A DNA stretch of 64,000 nucleotides from Camelus ferus (lineage: Eukaryota), in the NCBI RefSeq assembly GCF_009834535.1, contig NC_045696.1, positions 60,328,001 to 60,392,000 of the forward strand, read 5' to 3'. The first letter of the stretch is position 1. Every line of letters begins with the position of its first letter. The translations under genes and the position numbers were made by a program. Below the pieces are notes generated by a model, which was given only the letters and a program-made list of their open reading frames with translations, made no database searches and was not told where the DNA came from. Of this stretch, positions 1-11,810 are shown in pieces.

Positions 1-2878
1 CAGAAAATAGTGGTGATAACTCAGGAAATGAATAAAATCCCAGAATAACAGTTGTACAGCAGAGAAACCCACAGGGATTAAAGCAGAAGCATGGGGGTCC
101 CAAGAGGGATGCCTCTTGATAGGAATTAGATTCAACACAATGGACAGTATGAGTAACAAACTGAATGATTTTAAGGATATGCTGACTGCACACTTTGTCA
201 ACAAGAAAAAAAAAGTTTATTGAAATTCTAGGAAAAGTGAACAAGAAAGTCAAGGTCTAAATACAAAGCAAACTAAAATATGACATGATTTTAAACAACT
301 AATGAACTTTAAAAAAAATTAACCCTTTGGCCACAATATTAGGAACATTCTCCCTTAACTGACACAAGGACCGCATCAGAATTGCAGCAAAAGAAATAAG
401 AATTCTAGCCCACCTCTTGGCTCTTCAGTGAACAGCAGCTACATAATCATAGTCATAATAGTGTACATGTTTATTGTTTTTCACCTTCTAAAGTTACAGT
501 AAGGCTACAGCTAACGGCTACTGGGAAATGAAATGAGGGAAGAGAAATAGACGGAAGAGAAAAGGCACTGTAGGGTGGGAAATAAAATATAAGGCCCAAG
601 ATCCTCACTCAGGACTGGCTTGAATGCTAACAAGATTTAATTAGTTTAGTAAGAAAACCTGAAAGGTGAGTTAACCATTAAGACTGGCAAATATTTACAT
701 ACCAGTTGCAATACATTTTAAGTTAATGCTGTACTTATTCTGTATCTTGTCACCATAAAAGGCAGTTTCTAAGCATTTGCTAAGAAAATCACAGAAATTT
801 CCAAGAATATTGAGCACTTTGTCTTTGAAGTTCCAAAGACTGTTGACTTGAACCTTAAGACTAAAAATCTAATACAGTGTGTGTGTGAGTGAAACTGTTC
901 ACTTCAAGTTGTAAACTACAGCTTTCATGAGATTGTGCCTGCTCACCTGCTCATGATCAACTTGTTATGGCTTCCCTGATACTGCTCTAAAACGGAAGGA
1001 TAAAAGGATCATTCAGTTTTCCTTAAAATCAGGGATTCCCTTAAGATAACTAAAGCATTCTTTGTTACATTTAAAATACATATGACTCTAATACATTATT
1101 CTTAAAACATTTCCCACACCAGCAATAAGGAGTAAAGAGATGTAGCCTAGAAATGATAAAACAGAGATTGAAGTGTATTATTTAAAGTTATAAAGGCAAC
1201 TAAAAATAAAAATATAACTATAAAACTTTGGGAAGTGGATAGAGGAATACGTAAGTAAGCTAGATCTGCTATACTTCTTAGCATGGAGTCAACAGATTAA
1301 TCGAGTTATGGGTATAGGCATATTGTTTGGTGATACAGTTAGCTCCCAAAGTATTAAAAATGATTAAAAGTGGTTGCCCCTATGGAGGGGTCCTTTGGGT
1401 GGTGAGGGGTGGGATCAGAGACTATTGCTTTGTATTACAAGCACCTCTACACTTTTATTTTTATAATGGGCAGGTCTTATTTGGATCAGAAGAGGAATGC
1501 CAAGGACCTGCTTACTCTGACCAGAGCTCCTGGGACCACATCTGTCATGGAGGCTCTGTTCAAGGGCCAGGGTCACACTACTTGCTACCAGAATGATCTG
1601 ATACCAAGGGCATCCCTGGCCAGATCTCCACATTTACCTGATTCCCAGGGCCCGCTAACTTCATCCACTAATACCACCCCTTTTGTCCCAAATTCTGACC
1701 CTCTGCCAAGGTTCCACCTGTCACCAGGTTTACTGTCTCACCTGCCTGGCCACACTGCTTCCCACCATCTACAATGACCTCATCCTGCCCCAAGCCCCTG
1801 GCAATTTTATGCCCTTTCATTCGGCTTTGTGAGATTACACACTGCTCTTTATTCTTCGCCATTTCAGTACCTCCTATAGTTTGTCATGCCATTTTGTACT
1901 CCTTCCTTCAGATCATTTACAAAAGTTAAGAAATGAGGACCCATGAGAACTCCATTGCTATATATGCTTCTGTCTAGGAAAGTGATTGATTAATCCTAAT
2001 TGCTTCCTGCTTCCAAACAGGTTCTGTATTCATAACAAACAAATGCCCTTTTCTTCTCCCCCACAATCCCTGACACAGCTGATGACCCAGCCTTTGACGA
2101 GACGTCCTACTAGCTGGCCTGGTGTCGGGTACGCGGGGATCCTGGTCAGTGGGAACAGAAACAGCTGACACTGACACAGGCCACCCTCAGGGATGGGCCA
2201 GATGCAGACAGCCAGGAAGTGGCTGGACAGCCAGGAAGTAGATAAAACAGAGAAGCCAAAAACTAGGTAGTCAGTACTGTGGACACACAGGGCCAGAGAC
2301 AAGGAGATGGCAGCAACAGGCACCAGATAGAAAGCCTCGGGGTCACTCCCACCGGGGTAGTGGGGGTGTCCTGGGCACACCCGCTACATCAGTTTGCACC
2401 CTGTGGCTGTTGCTCCCAGAACTTGTCCCTTGTGGGACTACACAATTCCTGAGCAGATCATCTCTAGTTCTGGTGGATTATAAACATCTTGCTTGCCAGT
2501 AAGATCTAGAAAAATTATTTTGATTTTATACTTTTTACCTATGCTTGTCAAGTGTTATAGAGATTCTCTGGTTTGCTTTCTTTCTGCTTCTGGTACAATT
2601 TTAAAATAATATCATTAATGTTATAACTAGACTTAGGGTCAGTGTAGCAGAACAGACACTATTTCTCAGAATATTAGTGTCCAGATATTTATAAATATTG
2701 CATTTAAAAAAGGGTTCCACAGAGAAAAAAAAAGTTGGAAAAACCTTGATTAAACAGTATTAGAGAGATTCTGGACTTCCTGGGACAGGTAATATGCTAA
2801 TTTTCATTGTCTATCTCTAAGAAAAGAAATGTGTAGCACACAGTATTTCCCAAAATTTCTTTGACAATTAAACACTTG

Positions 2879-3021
2879 TTTTTGTTTTTGCTTTGTTTTG
2901 GTGGGAGGAGGTAATTAGGTCTATTTATTTAATTGTTTATTTAATGGCTATACCAGGGATTGAACCCAGGACCTCATGCATGCTGAGCATGCATTCTAAT
3001 ACTTGAGCTATACCCTCCCCC
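2879..3021 (-). mobile_element. Camelid tRNA-derived SINE (Vic-1-like)
   Basis: Reverse complement begins GGGGGAGGGTATAGCTCAAG...GAGGTCCTGGGTTCAATCCCTGG (Pol III A/B boxes), then CCTAATTACCTCC and an A-rich tail. Confidence 0.9.
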
Positions 3022-3169
3022 TGAACATTTTTTTAATGAAACATTTTATTCATTATTAGTGTTCCATGGAGCACATTTTATGAAGCACCAAGTGTGCATT
3101 TTGTAATTCCTATTTGATCTTTATACTTCTCTTTTTAGGCTTCCTAAAATTCTTTAAAATGGCTAATTA

Positions 3170-3355
3170 GAATAAATGATTCTTAAGCTGGAAGGGGTCC
3201 TAGAGATCCTCGACTCCAATCTTTTATTTTTACAGATGAGGAAACTGAGGCCCAAAGAGAGGATGAGATTTTGCTCACGTTTTCAAGCTAGTTGCTGGCG
3301 GAACCAGCACTCATCTTCACGCTTCCTGATCTCAAGTCAGAGTTATTTCCACCAT
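3170..3355 (-). mobile_element. MIR SINE
   Basis: Reverse MIR core TTTTACAGATGAGGAAACTGAGGCCCAAAGAG. Confidence 0.7.
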
Positions 3356-5006
3356 GTCATATAGTCTCTCCATTTCTTTCTGACACCCATGGGTGTTCTT
3401 TTGGATTTTCCTTTTTAAAACGGAATAACTGCATGATTAATTTGGGGTTACCTCCCCCACAAGAGTGCGGAACTTATCACAAGCACAACGTATAATCAGT
3501 ACTACACATTGGTTTACCCACAGGTATTTCCATCACCTGTTCCAAATCACTAGTCTGTGCCTGGTCCCGGGCATTTCCCCTCCTCTTTGGTCTTGAGCTG
3601 GCAGTTCCAGGAAGCGGTAAACTGCTCTACCCCAAACCACGTTCTCTCCCTGTATCAGGATGATGATGTGGGCCACGCCTTGTTACCATGTGACTTAGGC
3701 AACAGCTTTCTTCATACGGTAAAGCCTTCTGACTTGGTCTTCACCCTAGCCCTAAGGCCTTTTCGCGTCTCTTCACTGTCTAAGCTTTACCACGTAAGGG
3801 TGATGGTGTCGGCTGTGACTTTACCGGCGTGGGCTGCTGAGGCTAAACCTCCAGTGCCATCCAGGCCTTCCTGAGCATTGGCATTAGGCTCACGGTTTGG
3901 TTGGGTGGCACCAGGTGAACTGGGGGCGTGGGCTTGGTGCCCTGGCTCAAACGTCTGGCCTGACAACACATACGGATGTCCAGGAGAGAAACTGACCTCA
4001 TGAGCATCCCTAAAATCAACTCTTGATTAAAATAGCCAGTACAAATGTCAGTTAACCACTTACGGACATCTGCAAGACAGTGGTCCTCTTTCTCTCCTCC
4101 CCACCTCCTCCACCCACCATGGCGCACACAGAGCAAAGCCTTCACCTCTTGCCTGTTATCACAGCCCCACTTCCCGTCCTATTTTCTTTTTTGATCCTGA
4201 AAATGAGAATTTGTAAGGGAAAGCAAAAGCCTAATAGTTTTTCTAAGTTTTCTGTTTTCTGTTAGTTGTTCCTTAAACGACTACTTGCTTTTTCTTAAGG
4301 AACTTCTAAGCTTCCTCCTGGGAGCTTTTCCATCCAGGGCCTTAGAAACCTTCAACTTTCTCTTTCCATTTATAGTGTGGTTGTTTCTCTGCTGCCCATT
4401 TTCTTTCTTTTTTAAAGTTCATAAATGTATTATTTTTCTTTTTCAGTGAGATAGCACATCCATGCGCTAAAGGACTTAACTTTATCTGCCACCATCTGTT
4501 GCTGTTTGGAGGCAGTCGCTCTGCGCCTTGGTCTCCTCATCTGCAAATGGGGATAAGATTATTTACCTTGCAGCACTGTTGTCAAGTTAGGATGAACATT
4601 TATTGGGAGCCTAGCACAGCACTCTGGCTGCCTCTCCTTATCTTCTGCCTGATTTCCAAAGCCACACCCTTTTTCCACACCTGGCTGGCTGATTTCCTTA
4701 TTTAGCTGTTCCTGTAGGAATCTTTCATCCCCTCTTCACTCTATTCTTGGAGGCAGAACTCGTCTCCCACCCTCTTGAAGCCTTAGAGATGCTGCTGAGA
4801 CAGGTGGTGTCGAATAATGGGACATTCAAACGCTGGCCTCTGGGGCAGGGGCAGCTCGGCACAAACGTGTGTCTTCCCTACCAGCGTCCTCTCCAAAGCA
4901 CGTGGGAAGCAATAGGGTTCACCACTTTCTGTCGGGGTGACCTTGGGGAAATCATTTCTCTGTGTCTGTGTATCCTCACCTGTAAAATGGATTAATAATA
5001 CAGCCC

Positions 5007-5160
5007 ACAGAAGAAGCTAGATTCCATGGGGCCTGGAACTTTTAAAAAGGGGGTACAAAATTACAAAAGTGAAGTTGGGACCAGGGTTTTAGAAGGAGGT
5101 CATGCAAGTGAAGGACCCTGAAGACCAGGCTGCGCTAGCGTCATGGTAAATCTGCATCTG
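5007..5160 (-). mobile_element. hAT MITE (MER53-like) splitting a MIR
   Basis: TACAAAATTAC...TGCAAGTGAAGGACCCTGAAG...CATGGTAAATCTGCATCTG. MIR core lies on both sides (~4930-5005 and ~5180-5250). Confidence 0.65.
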
Positions 5161-5942
5161 ATAGAAGCAGTGGGGCCGCGCTGAGGTTTAAATGAAAGAC
5201 TGCTGTAAAGTGCTCAGCACAGTGCCCAGTGTCATAGGCTCTTGTAGTGATAATGATTCTTATAGAGATTATAATAATTTTGATACAATTATGAATTAAT
5301 TCTATAAGTGAAATTATAAAAATAAACATATAATCACTATAAAGATTCCTTCTTCTCTCCTGTTCCTGCTCATAAGTCCATCAGAAGGCAGTGGGGTGGG
5401 CCCCATCTTCAGGTTGTCCTTACTTGGGGCTCTCTGTCCCTTAAGCCAGGACCCCGTTCTGACCCAGCAGGTCCTTGTTATCTTACACACAAGACACACA
5501 ACTTCAGAGGAGACCTAGGGGATATCTTGGGAAAAGAGGAACGCAGGACACAGGCTGGAGGCAGGGCCAGCGCTGTTGCCCAGAGCTGAGGGTCCTGGAG
5601 ACGGCCAGCCAATCCAGAGGGGCCCAGCAGATTCCAGAGCTTCTCAGGGTGTGTGTGTGTGTGTGATGGGCGGGGGGTGGAATCAGGCCCAGGGAGGTCA
5701 AAGGTTGTCACAGAAATAGCAGGGCTCTTGACCACAAAGGTACTGTGGACATTCTGGTAAAGGCTGCTGGTTTCCCTGCTACATTTTTATGCTGGGTGTG
5801 GTCAACCACAAGAGGCCCTTTCCCTTCCAGTAAGAGTTTGAGATTTGAAGACAAGGGTTACATGACTTCACACTATGGTATTATTCCCAGTGAATTTCCA
5901 TTTCCTAGTTCCTCCGTGTATTGTGGTCCCGGATCCCTGGAT

Positions 5943-5982
<40 letters not shown>

Positions 5983-5987
5983 GGAGG

Positions 5988-6031
<44 letters not shown>

Positions 6032-6040
6032 GAGAGAGAG
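5943..6040 (+). repeat. Compound microsatellite (TG)10 followed by a 78-bp (GA)n/(GGGA)n purine tract
   Basis: Read directly from the sequence. Confidence 0.97.
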
Positions 6041-7788
6041 AACCCTATAGGGAGACACATTTGTTGTTCAGGGAAAGTTTGGTGTTGTAGCTTGGAGAAG
6101 GAATGTGCTTTCAGAAATAAAGCAAGTGCAGAGTCTACTCCAAGGCCCCAGCCCCTCCCTGCAGCCACTACCACAGGGTGTGGTGAAGCCCAGCAAGAAG
6201 GATGGGGCAGGAGACCTTGCTTCATAAATCCAGAGGAGCCATCGAAACCTAGACTTCAGCTGCTCTTCCCAGGAAGCCTCCTGCCCTTAGGATAAAATCT
6301 CTAAAGTAACCTAAATAACATGTCACTGGCCAAAGATGAGGATGCTGGGTGTGGGGGGCTGGAAGTGTTTGTTCTTCCAAAGTCCTCTCCCCTCTCTACA
6401 GCCTGGAGGTTCTCTGGTTCCAGAAGAGGATGGCGTTGCAGGAAGCCCCAGCCATGACTCACTCAGAGCTAATCCCTGGCAAAGCCATCACCATGGAAAC
6501 TGCCAATCATCCATGCTTTTCATAGCTTAAGGGAACATCTGCCAGGGGAAAGCCAAGTGATACAAACTGCTCGTCTTGCCTACTGTGTTTACACTGGGGC
6601 CCCCTGGAAAACAGAGAGAACTGGCGGGGCAAGCCTCCACAGCAGGATGGTGGCCCACCCCGGGCCACCAGTCAGCTGGGTGACCTTCAGCAACCCTGCA
6701 TAAGCAACTCTGCACTCCTCCTTTCCCAGTTGGTCAAATAAAGGATCAGATCAGTGATTCCCAACTTGGTTGGGCCAGTGCGAGGGTAGGGACAGGAAAA
6801 CACATTCCCCCAGAGGAGCGGGGTACAAGAGGCCTGCGTAGTTTGTTCATATTATGATTTTATATTTGGAATATTATGAAACAATATTTTCACAATTTAA
6901 ACCACAGAAAATAAAGCTTGACTAATATTCTCAGGTAGCCATCTTTCTGAAAGGATCAAGTCACCCCTCTCTGGTCCAGGGAGGCACATTAGAATTTTCA
7001 GGTTTTTAGTAGGATTATCAAAGCAAATGTGGATTAAAAGACAAAAAATTGAGTCTCTGGACTAGCTGATCTCAAGTGTTAGTCCTGCTCAAACTCTGGG
7101 CTGCTGAGCGGCATCCTCAAACTTCAGGTTGCTGCTAATTCCTTTCTGGAGGGAGAGGTACCGGAGTGGAGGCTCGCCACCCCGTCCCCCTCTCAGACCA
7201 GGCATCCCCTCTCTTCCTATGATGCGGTGCCTGCAAAGGCAAAGGTGAGAAGCCCTGGGGGCAGCCTGGAAGGGTCCTGGCAGGGTCACATGGCTGAGGC
7301 AACCTCCTGGGGTGCTGCCCTCCTCGGAGGCCCAGAGCCCTGCCTCAGGCGCAACAGCTAACCTGGCACTTGTACCCACTGGTTCTTGACTTGGCGTCAG
7401 GGCTCACTGCCAGTCCCAAGGAAACGAACGCTCACATGGGAAGCTTCCTGAACGCGTGTGCTCCCTTTGTGTGGGGGAGGGGGGAGGAGGATGCGGGTGG
7501 GGGTCGGGGGGGTGAGGAGTGGGAGGGGCTAGGAAAATATTTTCAGATGTTAACTTCTAAAAATTTTCCTCTATTTTATTTTCCCCTTTCCTTTTCTGTC
7601 CATTCAAGAGGAACTTGACCTTTATTTTATTGCCTCAGAGGAAATAAGTGACAAGGAAGAAACAGAATCTGCCTGCAGTCAGTTTTGGGTTGTTTCTCAA
7701 AATCTTGGGCTCTTAGGAAAGTTCAGAGGATGGAGGAAGCAGAAAAGAAGCTGCCAAATGACTAGGGAGAGGATAGGGGTGATGAAAC

Positions 7789-7957
7789 CAATTTGCTACA
7801 TCGTTTGCAGGGCCCAGTATAAATAAAAATAGAGGATCCCTTGTTCGAAAACTATTAAGAATTTTAGCAACAGCAACACATTAAACCAAGTGTGGGCCCC
7901 TCCCGAGCATGCGACCCAAAGCAAATGCATAAATTCATGCCCACAAGGCTGGCCCTC
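7789..7957 (-). mobile_element. hAT-Tip100 MITE (MER45A-like)
   Basis: GCTACAT..TTTGCAGGGCCCAGT...CCCTTGTTCGAAAACTATTAAGAATTT...CATTAAACCAAG...AGGCTGGCCCT matches the recalled MER45A consensus in reverse. Confidence 0.75.
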
Positions 7958-8614
7958 GACAACAGTGTCCCCTGTGTCAGAAAAGAAGACGGCCCCTGGA
8001 GCTGGGGCAGGGAGAGAACAGCCCACGGGATCTGGAGCCACAGGGGCCTGGGGCCTACTCCCCGGCAGCTTTAGTGGGGAGCCAGCAAGACCCCAGAAAA
8101 GAAGGTCTGAGAAGTACATAGACTCTAAGCACAGGGTTCCCAGGCTCAGCAGATTTCTGGTCCCTAAAAGTGGCTCAGATACGGCAGAGAGCACGAGCCT
8201 GAAGGGATCTGCAGACAGGACGACGGGAGGGCCCAACTCTGTACACAGGTGATGAGTGGCCGGAGCCCCCTCACACGCCCTGCTACTTGCTAAGACCCTA
8301 GGACACTGGAACAGAATGGCAGGGCAGGGCGGAGGCATGACGAACAACCGACATAAGTTTTTAGTCATCCTGGCAGAATGAAGGCTGAGAGTCAGAGACT
8401 GACTCCCTTTCCACTTCATTAAAATGAGAGAAATGCACTATTTTTGGCACACCCAGACTTGCAGAACAGGGTTCTACCTGCCACTGCCGAGGCTCCAGCC
8501 CCATTCCCGTGAGCAAGCCTCTAGGGGTCAGGTCAGCCACTGCAGTTATCCTGGGAGATGAAGCGCGGAGCAGAGCGGCCACGTGGCAGAGATGGAGAGA
8601 AGCAGGAGGTAAAG

Positions 8615-9330
8615 GAAATAAATTTAGGGGGTGAGGGTGCTGGTGAGAAAGCGGAGGGTGTCATGAGCCACTCCCATTACTGGCATGAGCAGCTGGGGGA
8701 CAGAGGTGCCATTTCCTGCAATTAGCAGAGAAGAAGAATCAGTTGTGTGTGGGGGTGGTGGGTAGGTGGGATGGGTTGGGTTCTGGACAAATTGGGTCTG
8801 AGATGCCCAAGAAAAGATGTCATGGAGGTACATGACTATATGACAGGAAGCTTAGAGAAGTCTGGGCTAAAAGCATACATTTGGGAGTCGTCAGCTTTGC
8901 AGGTGGCCACTGAAAAATGGGCGTGGATGAAATGCCAAAGGAAATGGTTGAGAAAGAAGAGAGGGGGGCCTACCCCAGCCTGAAGAACTCCAACATTTGA
9001 TGGGCAGGCAGAAGAAAATGCACCTTGAAAAGCAAGTCAGAGAGGCCATAGAGGGGTGAGGAGGGTGTTGTGCCCTAGAAAGCATGAGAAAGGGAGAAAA
9101 TGGAACCTGGCCGAGAGGTCAAACACACAGAAATTTTAAATGCCTGCTAAATTGAGTAAGGTGGAAGTCACGGGTGACTTTGGAAAGAACCCGTTTCATT
9201 GGAGAGACACACTTAGAATTCCAAAGGAGAGAGTGGGCATGCGGTGTGGGAGGCAGGGAAATAGAGTTGGGAGCGCAAAGACTGGGAAGCAGCTGCGGAG
9301 AGGAGAGAAATAGGCTGTTGTTGGAGAAGT
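8615..9330 (-). mobile_element. L2 LINE fragment
   Basis: Purine-rich L2-type sequence (GAGGTGCCATTT, TCTGAGATGCC, CTGGGCTAAAAGCATACATTTGGGAGTC.TCAGC, GGTGACTTTGGAAAGA). Confidence 0.6.
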
Positions 9331-9371
9331 GGGAGCCTGGAAAGTCGTTAAAGGTGATTAAAGTTGTTAAA

Positions 9372-10065
9372 TTTCTTTTTCATTTTAACAGTTTTACTGA
9401 GGTATGACCGCATATGTTTAAAGTGTAATGATCTGAAAAGTTTGACATGAACACACCTGGGAGACCATCATCACAGTCAGGAACACATTTTTTCATCCCC
9501 CCAAATTTCCTTGCCCCTCCGTCCTGCTCCCCTCACCCGTACACACAGGCCTTCACTGATCTGTTCTCTATCAGTGTAGTTTTCATTTTCTAGAATTTTT
9601 ATATAAATGGATTTTTATATAATGTCCTCTTTTCAAAAAGATACTCTTTCTGGTGTGACTTCTTTCACACAGCATAACTACTTTGAGAGTCACTATATCG
9701 GCACATGTCATCAACAGCTCGTGTTTTCTAACTGCTGAGTAGTTTTACATTGTATGGTATTGGTACCATAATTTATCTCTCCATTCACCTGTTCATGAAC
9801 ATTTGAGTTGTTTCTGGTTTGGAACTCTTACAGATTAAGTTGATTTGAACTTTCATGTACAAGTCTTTATAGGGACACATGCTTTTGTTTCTTGGTGGTA
9901 GATAATTAGGAGTGGAATGGCTGGGTGTATGTTCGATTTTTAAGAAACCATCAAACTGTCTTCCAAAATGGTTGTACCATTTTATGTTCCCCTCATTAAT
10001 GCATGTGAGTTCCAGTTTCTCTGCATCCTTGCCAACATTTGATATGGACAGTTTTCAAATTTTTC
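9372..10065 (-). mobile_element. Old L1 (L1MB-like) 3' region
   Basis: Antisense L1M motifs: CCATTCACCTGTT..GAACATTTGAGTTGTTTC, AGGAGTGGAATGGCTGGGT, CAAACTGTCTTCCAAAATGGTTGTACCATTTT. Confidence 0.8.
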
Positions 10066-10789
10066 AATATTCTAGTAACTTCTCCTCTCTATTAAGGAAG
10101 GCAGGATAAGGAGACAAAATCAGCCGCATTCCAGGGCACTGACACTGTCTTGATCAAGGATGAAATGTTTTTCGGAGTCTGTGCCCTGGGCACAAGTCCT
10201 GTCCCTCCAAATGGTTATTTCCTGCAGAGCATCTAGTCAAAATGTTAGCTGACTGCCTTCCAGGCCGGGGCCCCAAGCATGAGACAAGACTTCTACATGG
10301 ACCTCAGCTGGGAAGGCTCCTCTCCAGCCACCGTAGAGTGGGAAATGGGGAAGGCAGGTGGAGGAGAGTCAGTCATGGTCTATGGGATCCTGGCTTCACC
10401 CAAACCCAGTGTGGTAAGAAGACAGTAATATTTCTCTGCCTCCTAGGAAAAGACACATGGGTTGGGGTAAGAGAAAAGGAATTTCTAGACCAAATCTGCA
10501 CTCTTTCCAGGGTGGGAAGGGCAGCTTGTCCTGTCGAGGGATCCAATCTGTTCAGCCCCAAGAAAAATATGTCCCCTCTACTGACTTGGCCAAGAGGTGT
10601 CGATATATAAGTATAAGGGGTAAGGAGGATTAAATCATCTTGGGGCCTTCAGGAATTATGAACAAGTAAACCATCTATTAAAATAGTATGTTTCTAGTTA
10701 AAGCTAAGGCCATCCATACTGAGTCTGGGGAAGCAAGTGTTCACACCCCTAACATGAGAGAGAGTGAAAAGGAATGGCAACGCCAATAC

Positions 10790-10903
10790 CTGTAGCTGCC
10801 GGGAAGAACACCCCGAAGACAGTGAAAAAGGACTCTCCGGGACTGTACTCTGGCAGACTGTTGTTCTGCAGCAGCTCTGGTGAATAGCCAATAAAACCAT
10901 GTT
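10790..10903 (-). CDS. SLC12A8: SLC12A8 internal coding exon (114 bp, phase 1/1): (E)[37 protein letters not shown](G)
   Basis: CCC-family TM6 motif FF.VF..FFPA.TG. Acceptor tttcag|AAC completes codon GAA with the phase-1 G of the previous exon; donor ACAG|gtattg. Confidence 0.97.
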
Positions 10904-11098
10904 CTGAAATAACACAAAGGAAAGCAAAATGAGCCACGTGATAAGACACAGTACAGGCTTCCCTGGACTACAAGTCCTATCTTATGTAACTTGAAATAGT
11001 AAAAGGTAGGTATGACTGTGTGTGTGTGAGCCTGGTGGAGGGAGGGGAGAGAGAACACAGGTGACAGAACCATATCCCTTCCCACTTCCGGGGCTTGA

Positions 11099-11203
11099 CT
11101 TTTGTGTATCTATCTATCTATTTGTTTAATGGAGATACTGGGGATTGAACCCAGGACCTCATGCATGCTAAGTGTGCAATATACCACTGATCTATACCCT
11201 CCC
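11099..11203 (-). mobile_element. Camelid tRNA-derived SINE (Vic-1-like, short form)
   Basis: Reverse complement GGGAGGGTATAGATCAGTGGT...GAGGTCCTGGGTTCAATCCCCAGTATCTCC plus an A-rich tail. Confidence 0.88.
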
Positions 11204-11379
11204 TCCTCCAACTTTCGTTTGTCTGTATCTACAGCTATAGGTAAATAAAATGACATAAAGGAGAACAGTAGTTACCTCTGGGAAGGGGAGCATTTTCATT
11301 TTTTGCTCATAGACCAGTATAGCTGAAATCTTTCAATGAGCATGTACTGATGTGTTTCCTCTTGATTTAAAAAATTAAG

Positions 11380-11810
11380 TTACCTGCCTGCTCAAAAACC
11401 TTCCCATGGATCCCCATTAGCCCCAGAATGAAGTCCAAACTCCTTAAGATGAATATGAAAGCCCTCCACAGCTTGGCAATAGCCCACAATTTCCTATTCA
11501 TCCTCTGCCACTACCTCGCCACACACAGACGAGCCTGCCCGAGAGCACTGCCAATATCCATCCCTATGTCTCTAAGCATCAATGTGGTGCTCATTCTTCA
11601 AGCCCATCTCAAATGCTGCTTCCTTTGGGCTTTGCATGAACTCCCCAGTCAGAATCGATTCCTCATTTTAAGTGCCCTCCAGGACCAATCATATGAGGTC
11701 TTTCCCCAACCAGACTCCTTAGGGCAAGAGATCCAGTCTTACAGATCTTTGTCCCCCATGGTCACACACTGTGTCTGGCACACGACAGGCAGGGTGCAAA
11801 TATGGGTCAC
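11380..11810 (+). mobile_element. L2 LINE 3' fragment
   Basis: CCTGCTCAAAAACCTTCCCATGG.TCCCCATT...AGAATGAAGTCCAAACTCCTT...TTCAAGCCCATCTCAAATGC. Confidence 0.65.

Noticed and set aside
5873..6295. ORFs with ER/SL/TH dipeptide repeats
   Set aside because: Translations of the TG/GA microsatellite.
7796..8419. 207-aa minus-strand ORF
   Set aside because: Non-ATG start, runs into a MER45A-like element, no recognisable similarity.
1..10789. Next SLC12A8 exon (expected to continue G-VMAGFNM..)
   Set aside because: No matching coding sequence seen; it presumably lies beyond the left edge of the window.
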